A DNA stretch of 63,958 nt, taken from contig NC_068981.1 of the NCBI RefSeq assembly GCF_001194135.2, positions 178,047,168 through 178,111,125 on the forward strand, in the 5' to 3' direction. Under the pieces are notes generated by a model. It had not been told where the DNA came from. It did not search any database and worked only from the letters and a program-made list of their open reading frames with translations. How positions within the stretch are numbered: position 1 is the stretch's first letter; each line of letters begins with the position of its first letter. This document shows positions 40,498 through 53,360 of this stretch, in pieces. This DNA is from Octopus bimaculoides. Taxonomy: Eukaryota. A program made the position numbers and the translations under genes.

Positions 40498-41459
40498 TTG
40501 AATATACATTTTGGTCTGATAGCCTCCTTTTACAATTTAGCAGTCTGCATTGAAGATCTGCATTAACCAATAGGAACCGATCTTATTAACAACTGTGACT
40601 GGTGGCTACATCTGCCTTCATGAAGCACATCTGAACAATCAGACATATTTTATGTGTGAAACTTTAAGCAATGATGTAATGAATTACTAATTCTCTCTCT
40701 CCCTCTTTATATACATGCACAGGGTTAGGCAGACTTAAGATGAAAAAGTTTGATAAAGAAACAATTTTGTTATTCAAGAGAAATATATGTAAATGTCTTA
40801 TTTTCTATACCAAGCTTCTTTCTAGTACAGCAGAAGTTAGAGAGATATCTCTTGTATTCATAACCAAACAACCAACCTTTAGGCCCTTTTCATCCTGTTA
40901 TTATTAAGAACAAGATATGATATCATGCATATGGGAAAAAAAAGTTGTCAGGCAGCATTTTCATTCTAACTAGGTTTCTTTTTTCTTTTCTTTCTTAGAA
41001 ATTTGTAATGTTTTAACAAGATAATGCCACAGTTTACGTACATATTTCTTTAAACCAATTGGGTCACTAGTGCAATTTTTGTAGGTGTATACTGTAACAT
41101 ACAGTAATTTGGCATATTTAGTGATGGGTGTAAAGGAAAATAGAATATTAACTCCACATGCCAAATAATATTGAGGAAAAGAAAATCTAAAATTCTTATG
41201 AGAATTATAGAAATTGTCATCAGAAAATATAGATTCTTAAGTCTTTATCTTTCAACTAAGAGTAATCACGAGAAATAATTATGGCTAACTTAATAATTTG
41301 AAAAGGATTTTCAAAGTAACTTTGTTCCATTGTTCATTAATTTATTTTCTTTTTCTTACAAACATTTTGAATACCTATACATAAATGCAAGTGGAGTACA
41401 TTTAAGAAGAAAATGATGATTGTTTGCACCTTATGTACATACATATCTCAGGTTCCCTT

Positions 41460-41500
<41 letters not shown>

Positions 41501-41941
41501 AGAAAGCCAGAGGTGTTATTTTCAGTTAGCTGCAAACCTACAGCTGAGAGACACAAACTGAAGGAAATTTTGAATGTGAGCTGCATAGACAAACCTCACT
41601 TATTAATGAAATTACATTTTAGCTGGGTAGCATCTCTTATAACGTAGTAAGTAGTTGGAACTTAGATTCAAATAAACAAAGGAAATGTGGATTCTATAAA
41701 GTATAGAACAGGAAACCTGCCCATGAGAACAGTAACTCTAAATAAAACCTGATACATGATAGAAGGTAATCTTTAGTCCTGAAATCGACAAATTATCTAA
41801 CACCAATAGTAAAATAAAATGTGCCCAAACCTTACTGCAAAAAGCATAGTGATAGGAATGGGAAAACAAGTGGTAAGATGCTGTAAGACTTGTCCAGCTC
41901 AGGCTTGCATTGAAAAATAGGCATAAAATGATAATGGCAAT

Positions 41942-42046
41942 TATCATCATCATCATCATCGTTTAACGTCCGCTTTCCATGCTAGCATGGGTTGGACGAT
42001 TTGACTGAGGACTGGTGAAACCGGATGGCAACACCAGGCTCCAATC
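41942..42046 (-). mobile_element. 5'-truncated young family-A copy
   Basis: About 85 bp of body essentially identical to 103-186, plus a (CAT)n tail. Confidence 0.85.
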
Positions 42047-43073
42047 TTGATATCAATTGGAGGTGGTGGGAGGGGATGTCTCTCAATACTGAGTTTACAC
42101 CTGGGAAGTTCCACCCCAAAATACAGGGAAGTTTTTTGCCCTTGCATGCAAATCTCCCTTCACACCACTAATGTTGTTCAAGGGAAACGCAAAAGCCTTG
42201 TACAGCTTGGTACAAATTCTGTTGTAGGTATTGACATCAGAATGGAAAGTTCTGGAACAGAAACTGCAAGGTAGCCCATGCAACAGTCTGTCAATTCACT
42301 GTCAATTCTGTCAATTCACTGCCCTGGACTAACATGTGTGTATGCATATATATATATATACATATGGCATATATACCAACATATAAGCAAATTCCCAAAT
42401 TTTCCTAGATTAGGTATGTTTTGGGTCATAGTCAACATACAAGACCCTTCTTCCCTACAAAATAAATAAATAAAATTATGTTAATTTTTAAGTTTACATT
42501 TGTGTTTTCATTGAATGTCACCAAAAAATGGTTAGGAGATATAGTCAATTAATTACTGCAATACACAATACATCGTCTGTCATTATCATCATCATTTAAA
42601 GTCTGTCTTCCATGCTGGCAAAACAGAGGACTGTGCCAAGCTCTAATGTCGGCTTTAGCCTGGTTTCTATGGCTGAATGCTCTTGTTTGTTTGTTTGTGC
42701 GCGTGTGCGTGCGCACATAAGCACATATGTATATGTATGTATTAGTTATTTAAAATAAAGTTGGATATATTTTTAATAGGAGAGGATTTTGAAGGAAACT
42801 TGAGCAATAATACAAGAGGAATTCAGTAGAATAATTTAGAAACATTTGTACCTTCCATGAATCTTATCTTAAGTATTTATATTGAAAAGACAAGCCTTAA
42901 CATGTTGCAATTAAATTCAAATTAAATAAATCATCAAATGACAACTTTTAATGCCATTCAAACATGAAGCATTAGAAAGTTTGAATAGGAACACTATCAT
43001 AATGACTCGATTCAGTGTTACTGAAGATAGAAGCCTTGTTTTGGAAAATTTTATCAACCTAGAGTTCAAAATA

Positions 43074-43197
43074 TACTGCTGCTGCTACTACTACTACTGC
43101 TGCTACTACTACTGCTGCTGCTGCTACTACTACTACTGCTGCTACTACTACTACTACTGCTGCAGCTACTACTACTGCTGCAGCTACTACTACTACT

Positions 43198-43246
<49 letters not shown>

Positions 43247-43257
43247 TTAATAATAAT
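43074..43257. repeat. Compound trinucleotide microsatellite (TAC/TGC)n followed by (AAT)n
   Basis: Directly visible. Confidence 0.95.
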
Positions 43258-44090
43258 GATATACTACTTGTCTTTGGTTATTTATTTATTTCTATTCAGA
43301 AATAAATATGCCAACTGAGTACTAATCGCTTAACAGTTTAAAACTACTATTTTTACTGAATGAATAACCCCCAACACTTCCAAGAGGATTTATGATAATG
43401 ACAGACTGAATATCTTGATCTGTCAAGGAAGAAAAAAAATGAGAGAAGAAACAAACTACCGTTTATAAGAAAAGTACAAGGAACACAATGAGAAAAATGT
43501 AACCACAAAGTAGGTCACAAAATAAAATGAAAAGATGAAAGGACAAAATGAGGAAAAATCAAAAATAAAATTTAGTAAATATTAAACAATGAAACTACAT
43601 AGAGACAGACAAATGGATGAATGAATAGACTCATAGGATAGGCAAATGAGAGATTGTGAATCAATTTTGCTGGCTTTAGTGAAGGTATTAAATAAATATG
43701 AGTGAGGAAGAAGCAAATTAGTGTAAAGAGGTGAGAAAAATATAAGTTTATTTTCCTTCATAGAAGATGTTTAGACAACCCTTGCATACAGAAATAAATT
43801 TTTACTATTTCAGCTGTATATTAAAAGTAAAAGTGTAAAAACAATGAAAAAGAAGATGGCAAAGAAATATGAAAATTATTTATCAACATTTATAATATGT
43901 AAATCTCACTGGCCATTAATCCTATTTCTCCTCTAAAAATATAGCTGGAGCTGGTAGAAATAGACTAATTGCCTTACATCATTGAATGTCATTGCACTAC
44001 ATTCTGAGTTCAAATCTTGCTGAGAATGACAACTTTCATTCCTATAGAGAAAGGACTAATAAAATAAGTAGCAGTAATATACTTGAGGTT

Positions 44091-44312
44091 TACATTATTT
44101 ACACTATTTACATTTGACGGATATTTGTCCTCATCTTGTTTGTTGTTAACACAACGTTTCGGCTGATATACCCTCCAGCCTTCGTCAGGTGTCTTGGAGG
44201 GTATATCAGCCGAAACGTTGTGTTAACAACAAACAAGATGAGGACAAATATCCGTCAAATGTAAATAGTGTAAATAATGTAAATAATTCCTCATCTCTTA
44301 AATATAGAACTG
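44091..44312. mobile_element. Centrally deleted young copy of the palindromic hammerhead element, 13-bp TSD, inserted in a family-C SINE
   Basis: Perfect 89-bp inverted arms 44089-44177 and 44195-44283 with a 17-bp loop. TSD tatacttgaggtt at 44078-44090 and 44313-44325. Confidence 0.9.
44148..44193 (-). ncRNA. Minimal type-I hammerhead ribozyme motif
   Basis: GACAC-CUGACGA-A-GGCUG(gaggguauau)CAGCC-GAA-ACGU-U-GUGUU. Stem I GACAC/GUGUU, intact core, stem II 5 bp, palindromic loopless stem III ACGU, predicted cleavage after the GUU triplet. Activity is not shown. Confidence 0.75.
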
Positions 44313-44499
44313 TATACTTGAGGTTGATTTTAAAAATTTGCTTTGCAACTACACATGGTTTGAGTGTTTGGTCCACTGTGCAACACTCTGGACAGCTGTA
44401 TTCTTCCACAGCTGCAGGTTGACAAAACCTTGTTAATGAACTTTGAAACTACATAGGAGCCTATCAGAGAGATCATTTTTGTTTTGGATATAGACTTAA

Positions 44500-44718
44500 C
44501 CCTTTAATATTCAGATTACCCAGCCACCTGTAATGCTTATTTATTTATATTATTTTGAATTTATAATGCTTGTCTCATAGCTTTGAAATTTTGGTGATAT
44601 CTCTATTTATTTTTAGAATGATAGTGTAGGGTCAGTGTGAGAAGCCAGATCTGGTCAGTTTGAATACAAAACAGGTAGAATATTTGGACTAGATATGGTC
44701 AGTTTAAATGCTAATGGG
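44500..44718. mobile_element. piggyBac-like TTAA MITE (family E)
   Basis: TTAA|ccctttaatatt ... aatgctaatggg|TTAA. The body is homologous to 37539-37779. Confidence 0.8.
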
Positions 44719-46018
44719 TTAAGCGATTGCCTTAGGCCTTTGGGTGTCTATTTACAAAGTCTATTTGCAAACAGCTGAGCTTTTATTCCAGTCTAAGGAT
44801 AATTTGCTTCAACCAGTCTCAGAGGTCTTGTAAAGAGTCATGGGCAATGCTCTTTCTTCCTCTGACTAAACCATGACAAAAAAGAAAACCTGTTTGAAAT
44901 TAAACAAGGTAAGATTGTAGAAGGAAAAAACTTTGAAAATTCTTATTTACATCTATTCAAGCATTTTAATATTTGACAAAGAATGCGACTAAAATATTTT
45001 TTTAATATATGATGTTCTCATGAACATCACAGAAAATAAGCTTTCAATAAAATGCAAGCGAAGATTTCAAAAATATATACATAAAAACCAGCCACAAAAA
45101 AATATAAATATAAATGAATCTGTATTTAAAAAACAAGTTTGATGAAGTTATTCTAGTAAATGAAATTTTACTATGATATACAATATATGGGTAAAGAAAT
45201 TCTTTTTGATTTTCTTTCTTTTTTTTTTTTCAATTCTATTCAGTGCAAAAAAATCAAGTAGGTAGATTGCAAAATTAGACTAATGTCTGAAAACCAGTGG
45301 TCAAATATTAAACCAGTTAACTTAGTTTGTTGACTGCATCTAACAAGCCAGATATCAAATTATTAATAATCTGAACACTTTCTGAGTTATTTTACAAAAT
45401 CCGCAATAACTAGTTTCCATACTTCTTTCTTTCTTTCTTTCATTCCTTGAGTAGCTCTGCTTTCAATGATTAGCATAATATTGCAGCCTACTAAAATATA
45501 TGCATATACAAAATATATACTTCAATCATGAATTTTCATAACTTTTTTCTATTTGTAAAAACCTCTGCCAACTGATCAAAGCAGGTTTAAGAAAACTATG
45601 CTTTGTAGATGAGGACAGCAAAACAAAAACACAAAAAGAAAAATGAAATATGTTCATAGCTGTTAACTTGCTTGCCAACAAAGAACATATTCTCCCCTAA
45701 GTACGAAAATTCAATTTCGTGTTAAATTAATTGTTAGTTTCTTAAAATTATCTCCCCTTTTCTTTGTGCCCATCATTCAGTACATCACCATCTGTCTGAA
45801 TTAATTTAATAGCAGCTGAATTTGAAGAAAACATAATCCTAGAGCTACATTAACAAATTAATGCAAACAACAACATAAGCAGATAACTGTCTTTGAAAGA
45901 GCAAGCTAATCTGCAAAATCTATTTATTCACTCAAGAACCATATTGGGTGCAAGGATGAAAAACACTTTCAGCACTTAAAAGAAAAAAGGATAGATAGAT
46001 AGAGAGAGAGAAAGAGAG

Positions 46019-46082
<64 letters not shown>

Positions 46083-47299
46083 GCCCACAAAATTCCTGCT
46101 CTTCTTAACCTTAAAAAGTAAATATTCCACACCACTCTAAAACTATTCATGATATGTCCATAGATTTTTGCTCTCTTACTGTTGGTGCTATTATCAATAT
46201 TTCAGCTGAAACTGCCATACAGCATTTATCCATTAGCATTTTATCATTCTTTTATTTTGACTTACATCTTTTACAATACTTGGTATTACTTCCTTTAGGA
46301 CTTCAGTAGACTGAAAGTTTATGCCAGCTTTGTTTTCAATATCAAACAAGTATCAATCGCTTTTAATAACTCTGGCTGGGGTTTTTTTATGTCCATTGGC
46401 TTCTCTCAGTCTTCTTTACAGGTGATAATCTTGGTAAAATAATCTTGTTATCAAAAATATAACAATTTTATACAAACACTAGATGGAAAGGTTGAAGGGC
46501 TGAAGATGAAAGTTACATGTTAAGTTAATGTGGATTCTTTGTCATGAAAACAAGTTTGAGCACCACCACCAACACCACAATTCTGCATGTTTCATATGCT
46601 GGCATGAGTTAAAGGGTTTGGCATGCTCCATCCCATCTTGCATGTATGTGTATGTGCACACGTGTGCACACACACACAAACACAGAGCAACAGAGAAAAT
46701 AAATCAGCTTTGGTGTTGTGGACTTGGTGTATTTTGTTGTGCTCCTGACACAAGAGAGATTGTCCAAGCGAGGAGGATTACAGACTCCTCTTTATCCTGT
46801 ATCAATACTAATGCAAAGTTAGTACCCTCCTTAGCTGGTTCTTACTTGGAGTTGCTGCTCTCTGAGACAGGCTGCCTGCACTACAATATACAATGTCTGT
46901 CTCCACCACTTTTAGGCATAATTTTGCAGTCAGTTGCCCTTAATTGGAATCTCTACCACTCTACGTGGACTATGGTCTGTTCAAGAGTTCTCAAAAGCAG
47001 AGCATAAGGCTGTTAAACTATGTAAGTAGATGGAGAGATACTACAGTGGTATTTTTTGAGTTAAGCATGAAGTTATCTCCATGATATATGTTGGGATGGG
47101 TAGTTAACAGGACAATTTACTGTTCTAGAAAAAAAGAAGAGTGTCATACAAAGGAAACTTATTGTCCCAAACAGTGGCTAGGTGGGTATTATATAGCTGT
47201 CAGGCTATAGAAGTAAAATTAGTTTTTCATTTTTACCCAAGGATACAAAGATCACTAGCAGTAGCTGGACAAACTGTTAAATACAGCTAAGTATATACA

Positions 47300-47760
47300 G
47301 GGAGGGTGCTGGCAGCAGTGGTCTGAAGCTGACTTCATGATTTGGTGAGCTTTCTTACCTTGGTCATCCAACTTCATAAGGGCATCTTTACAATGGCTGG
47401 GAGGTCATATACTATGACACATTTAGGTGTTTGTCTACTGAGGAACTAAAAGTAGAAGACTATGACCACTGGGTTTTAAAGTTCTGTTCTAGAGGCAGTT
47501 AGGAGTGATGTTATAGAGGTAGTCTAAGAATGAGACTGTCTCAATGGTGCTATATAGTTTAGCTACAAAGGAAGTATATGCTGATAAGCATTATGGAAAT
47601 TGGTGGTGAGAATAAGTATACCGCCAGGAAAAGAAAGAAAACCTTGGGTCCTGTAACATATGAACTAAAAGTATTTGTCAATGCCAAGGACATGGATAAA
47701 CTTTCTATACATATTTGAATTGTTCAGAAAGAAAGCACATGTTCATCAGTTTTGTAACAG
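47300..47760 (-). mobile_element. Possible highly decayed Penelope-like reverse transcriptase fragment
   Basis: Minus strand gives SWRY...STIETVSFLD...KP...PPSHCKDAL, weakly resembling PLE WxRYIDD-VxFLD-KPT-HPxHCK. Motif spacing is short and the YxDD motif is lost. Confidence 0.35.
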
Positions 47761-49635
47761 ATGAACTGAAATTATTTGTTGATGTCAATGAACTTAATTT
47801 TTTCGTTTCCTTATTTTATACTTTGTGACTATCTTTAATCCTAATATTCTAACACACTTTGGGGGTTCATAGTAGAATTAAGCACTTTTACCACTTATTA
47901 AGCCAGAGAGGGACATATTCTTCGTAATCAACTTCTGCCTGACTAGAAAATATATTGTACATTTCACTATGTAGAATATAACTGTGATGCACACACACAC
48001 AATCATACATATAAAATGAGGCAAAAAAAAAAAAAAAATTCATGAACTGATATAAAATTTGATGATAGTAGTTTTAACCAGTCTCTTAAAGAAGTAGAAC
48101 TTAAAAAATCTACTGNNNNNNNNNNTTAAAAACTGTTAATTTCATCAGGATCTCTAAGAAAATTTCCTGCCATTTTGCAAAAGGAATGCATAAATGGATA
48201 TTTATCTTGCCACCTTATCTTTTTCCAGTTGTCACTTCCCTATTAATTTCATCGAATTCATTATGTTTATTTTTTTCGATTTTAACATTTTCCATCATAT
48301 TATTATATAACTCAACTGAGACTTTATTGTCACTAGATTTAATAGCAGATAACAGGTTTTGCTCAGATGCAGTGATGATACAAGTTAATTGATTATTGTA
48401 AACATCCAGAATCACTTTAGTTTTGTGGAAGAAAGGATGAGAAGAGATATAAACAATTGGCATAGCAAACATTGATTAGCTAGATACTAAAATTAAGCAG
48501 CATGAAATAGTTTGAAAAATTCATTTTAAGTGTCATGTTGTCAGTGTCAGCTGAACTACAAACCAGAGTGTGTTTATCAGGTTAGAGCAGTATTACACAA
48601 TAAGAAAAAAGGTTAGCTAATGAAGGCAGCCTATAAAAAAAAATGGATTGTGAATGTGAGACAAGTGAGTTGGGAGGTGGGCAGTTATGCATGAACAAGG
48701 ATGTTTGTGAAGTGGGGGGGGGGGACAATAAATAATAAAAGAATTATGACATGTTACGTGATATAAATTATTTGAATATCAACAAATAAAACTAGGTAAG
48801 AAATATGAGGTTCAGTATACTACAGAAAAGAATCAAAATCTAACAAGCTAAAAAAAAAAAAAAAGAAGAATGAGGCTGCAACAGATAGTTCAGCAGACCT
48901 TTCACTTACGCAAGATTAACTTGATGCAAGGGTTCCTCTTTTACTTTACACTTACTGAAGAAGCAAGTCAATTAACCTTTGACAATTACAAATGTTGTAG
49001 GGTATACAATTTTGACAAAAGTTAATGTCTTTTGGCTCCTTGACAAGATAAGATTTTTGTCTCATATTTTTCTAGTATATAATGAACAGTAATAGTCCAA
49101 TCAGAAATATACCCTGACTATAGAACTATTTCATCATTAAAGAGACTATATTCATAAATATCCTCTCAGTTGACACCACCTCACCACCACCCCTGAAGAC
49201 TTCAGCCATCTGTTAGCAAATTAAATAAAACAAGATGATTGAGGAGCAGTTTCAAAAATGAAAGAAAAAAAACAGAATCTTTTTTTTTAATATGATTTGA
49301 TTGAGTTTAACAGATTGTAAAGACTAAGCATATAAACAGATAGCAACTTCACCAGGTTATGTGGTTGGAAACAAAACAAAAAGAAAATAAACAAACAACA
49401 TAGACTACTTTTGTTCTGCACAAAGAAAAGCAGTAAATATGACACTCATACTGGCCATCAATATAATCATAATAAAATATCAATCTATTTGCTTTTTACA
49501 ACTGGAGAATGCTAAAAGGGATTTTTAATTGTATCTCTTTAAGGATCAGTTATACCAGCACATTCTTTTTTTGTTTTTTGATAACATTTCTTAACCAAAA
49601 TCATAACAAAACTACTGTTTTATCTTCTCAGGAAT

Positions 49636-50023
49636 TGTTGTTGTTGGCACTCCGTCGCTTATGACGTTGAGGGTTCCAGTTGATCCGATCAACGGAACAG
49701 CCTGCTTGTGTAATTAACGTGCAAGTGGCCGAGCACTCCACAGACACGTGTACCCTTAATGTAGTTCTCGGGGATATTCAGCGTGACACAGTGTGACAAG
49801 GCTGACCCTTTGAATTACAGGCACAACAGAAACAGGAAGTAAGAGTGAGACAAAGTTGTGGTGGAAGAGTACAGCAGGGTTCGCCACCACCCCCTGCCGG
49901 AGCCTCGTGGAGCTTTAGGTGTTTTCGCTCAATAAACACTCACAACGCCAGGTCTGGGAATTGAAACCACGATCCTATGACCGCGAGTCCACAGCCCTAA
50001 CCACTGGGCCATTGCGCCTCCAC
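49636..50023 (-). mobile_element. Full-length tRNA-derived SINE (family B), 388 bp, with 12-bp TSD
   Basis: A-box TGGCCCAGTGG, B-box-like GGTTTCAATTCCC and (AAC)n tail. TSD cttctcaggaat at 49624-49635 and 50024-50035. Confidence 0.92.
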
Positions 50024-50884
50024 CTTCTCAGGAATAACCATCTACAAAACCAAACCTTTATTAAATCTTTTATTCATCATAGCACCATTTAAAAATCTAT
50101 ACCATTAGTCTGTGAATAGTACAAATTTATAACAAAGATTTTAGCCACATACTATCTGTATGGTATTTTTACAAAGCATTTCAAGATTTAGATCTTTTTT
50201 GTTTATGTTTGTTTTAAACCAGGAACAAAGGAAAATCAATATTTTTCTTAACAGCTAAATCATTGCTATTTTTAGACGTATGAAATGTATCTGTGAAAAT
50301 CAAATCAATAAAGAATATAATCTTCTGTAGAAGATAAATATGCTGGATTAAGGGAGAAGGAAAAAAAATAAGACCACCAAAAAAAAAAAAAAGATACAGA
50401 AAAGCTAAATCTAATGCATAACAAATATCTCTGGTCTAAATATTTAGAAATAATTTAGTGAGCTTGATCTTTAGATGAGAATAAGACTTTCATATTAACA
50501 TGAAAAACCAATGGATGTCTGTCTGTCATGTATCATTTCTAGATGGTTGACTTTCTTAGAACAGCACTATTCACTCAATACTGGTAAAATATTTTCATAA
50601 ACAATAATATTTCTTAGTCAATCAACTAAGAATTTATCTACAGAATTTTCTTTGACCTTGTCACACAGGTTATTTCCTAATCAAGCATTTTACAATAATA
50701 TTTTTCACACATCAAGCATTTTCCAAATACCTCGCTTTCAATGATAATTTTTCCCAGTTCTCTTTTAACTAGATTTCCCCCAGAACTTTTTAAATGTTCT
50801 TATGCGCACATGTCCCCAACATACACTACATCTCTTCATTGTCATTTTCATACCTGATAACGGTAGCTAAATCAAGTTACTTAC

Positions 50885-50947
50885 CTGCTTGATACATTGC
50901 AGTCTGTCATTGTTCTGAGCAATGTGCCTTTCCATCTCATTCATCAT
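50885..50947 (-). CDS. ZMIZ1: First coding exon segment of a ZMIZ1 ortholog (zinc finger MIZ domain-containing protein 1), [21 protein letters not shown]
   Basis: Hand translation of the minus strand from ATG 50947 in the context ccagccATGA. It matches the ZMIZ1 N-terminus as I recall it ([20 protein letters not shown]). It ends in a canonical phase-0 donor CAG|GTAAGT at 50884. Confidence 0.95.
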
Positions 50948-51056
50948 GGCTGGTCTCAGAGTATAGCTTAGTTAGCAGTCATGAAAAACCTGGGTTATAC
51001 ATTGGCATTCAATCCAATATTTACTAGAGAGGATGTTAGCCACTCTACAAGGGTAA
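50948..51056 (-). other. ZMIZ1: 5' UTR part of the start-codon exon (109 nt), preceded by a splice acceptor
   Basis: On the minus strand a polypyrimidine tract ttttatgttttatttctctttcAG ends at 51057. This implies exon 50885-51056 and at least one non-coding exon further upstream. Confidence 0.7.
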
Positions 51057-51600
51057 CTGAAAGAGAAATAAAACATAAAACTAAATAAATGATCATACAA
51101 AACAAACAAAAAAAATGTAAATCATACTTTTAGTCACAATTTTAACGTTTTTTTAACTCTTTTACTTGTTTCATCATAAAACTGTATTTATGCTGCAGTA
51201 CCAGCGTCAATAGTTTTAGCCATTTATATTGACTCCAAGTACTTAGTCAGGTACATATACTATCAATAGCTATTTATCAAATGGTTAAGTTCATCTGAAT
51301 TATGATTCTTGAAAGAGTTACTCACTTTTACATACTTTAATACCATAAGTCATATTCACACACATACACACACTATATGATGGGCCTCTGCAGATTTCGT
51401 CTACTATATTTCACTCAACCCGAGACAATAACATAGGACGCTTGCTAAAGTACCATGTGGTAGGGCTGGACCCAGAACCAAATGGCTGTACAGCGAATTT
51501 CTTAAATCACATAGCCATGATTGCATTTATATATACTAAATGAAAACAAAAACAAACATGCATGCATTAATCAAAAAATAAAACTGAATTATGTACACAC

Positions 51601-51643
<43 letters not shown>

Positions 51644-51662
51644 ATACACACATATACTTACA

Positions 51663-51695
<33 letters not shown>

Positions 51696-51953
51696 NNNNN
51701 NNNNNNNNNNNNNNNNNNNNNNNNNNNNNNNNNNNNNNNNNNNNNNNNNNNNNNNNNNNNNNNNNNNNNNNNNNNNNNNNNNNNNNNNNNNNNNNNNNNN
51801 NNNNNNNNNNNNNNNNNNNNNNNNNNNNNNNNNNNNNNNNNNNNNNNNNNNNNNNNNNNNNNNNNNNNNNNNNNNNNNNNNNNNNNNNNNNNNNNNNNNN
51901 NNNNNNNNNNNNNNNNNNNNNNNNNNNNNNNNNNNNNNNNNNNNNNNNNNNNN

Positions 51954-53360
51954 TCTCGTGTAAAATTCATACCCAAAAGTTTTCGCAATTGTCTATATGG
52001 TCAGGGGAAAAAGGTTTTCAATTTAGTTTGTATTTAGCAAAATTTCACTTACTTATGATTTGATTTTATTAAATTTTCATTGAATAAAAATAATATCTGT
52101 TTAACAGGTATCACATTGAAAGCTATTGAATTACGAAGTGTTTGTGTTGTTTATGATAAACTTTATTTTACATTTCTTGCCCACAAGAGATTATGTCTCA
52201 TCTTTAGCATATTGCTGTATGTCTTCTCAACTCACGATCACAGGAAAAGTTGTTAATAATTCTTATCAACAAAAACAAAGATGATAAATATGCACAAGTG
52301 TTGCAAAATAAGTTTAATTACGAATAAACATCAACTTGGATGACACTTTACTCAACCAATAGAAGAAGGTGACTGATAAAACTGATTATGTAAACAGAAT
52401 TCTGATTGGTCGAAAGTGTCTTCTTGTCTCAAGCTCTGATTTTCTACCTATTCTAGCCAGAACCTTTGATATTGAGTATCGAAGTGTTAATCCCTTTCAC
52501 ACTTATAAAATGTCAAGCAAACTTTAAAATTTGTCATTACTGTTTTAGCCAGGAGACCAAACTGATAGTTTGGTAACCTGCTAAAATAAACATTAAAAAT
52601 CGAAAGGAGAAAACAGCTTTGCAAGTTTACCTCAGTGTCTATTGAACACGAGAGATGCGAAATTTAAGAAGTGACTTGTTAGAATATACATGTCTGTGAG
52701 GAGACATAAACAAGAATAGCAAAAATCTACTATACCAAAAGAACTGGTAATACATACATTACAAGTGTTCTATGAAGAGAACATAAGATTGCTGCATAAT
52801 ACAACATGAATGTGAAATGACATTAAACATTGTATAAGGCAAATGAAAGTTTCTGTAGGAACACTGTGCGATATTCATTTAGTGAGTTTACATGCGCAAG
52901 GACGAATTATGATGTCTTTGTCGATGTTAGATGCAGTAAGAGCTGATAGTGGCAATATTGGCGGTGAGGCATTGTCGTAATGTGGAGAAAGCGAGCAGAT
53001 AGCTTCCTGGTACAAACGCAAGCTAGATTCCTAAACGGAGAAAAACCGATCTATTTAAGAAAATTGCTGGGCTCCATTGCGATAAGTAGAAACTCCAAGC
53101 AATGAAAAATATGGCCCGGACCATGATTACCAGAACGAATGTCAAACTTCAAAAAGTAGTTAACCATTTAATGGTTTTAGTAAATTTATACAGAAAAAGT
53201 AAGCATTATACCGTCCAGCATAAATAAAAGTCAACTCCATTATATTTTTTCTGTAAAAACCTATTCTGACATTAAATGAGTCAACTTCCCGTAAGTCATT
53301 TTTCAACAAAAAAAAAATTTCTAAAAAAATACTGGAAAGTTTAGTTTTGTTTTTGCGAAA
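51954..53360. promoter_or_regulatory. CpG-retaining segment; candidate (alternative) ZMIZ1 promoter or first-exon region
   Basis: About 26 CpGs counted by eye in 1.4 kb, 13 of them in 52861-53140, against CpG-poor flanks. CCAAT at about 52356 and ATTGG at about 52405. Possible minus-strand donor GAG|GTAAAC at 52630. All indirect. Confidence 0.3.

Noticed and set aside
44195-44225. Plus-strand hammerhead in the right arm of the 44 kb copy
   Set aside because: CUGACGA and the 5' strand of stem II were removed by the central deletion.
46528-47007. 159-aa plus-strand ORF
   Set aside because: It runs through SINE remnants and a CA repeat, has no recognisable motif or splice signals, and is antisense to the host gene.
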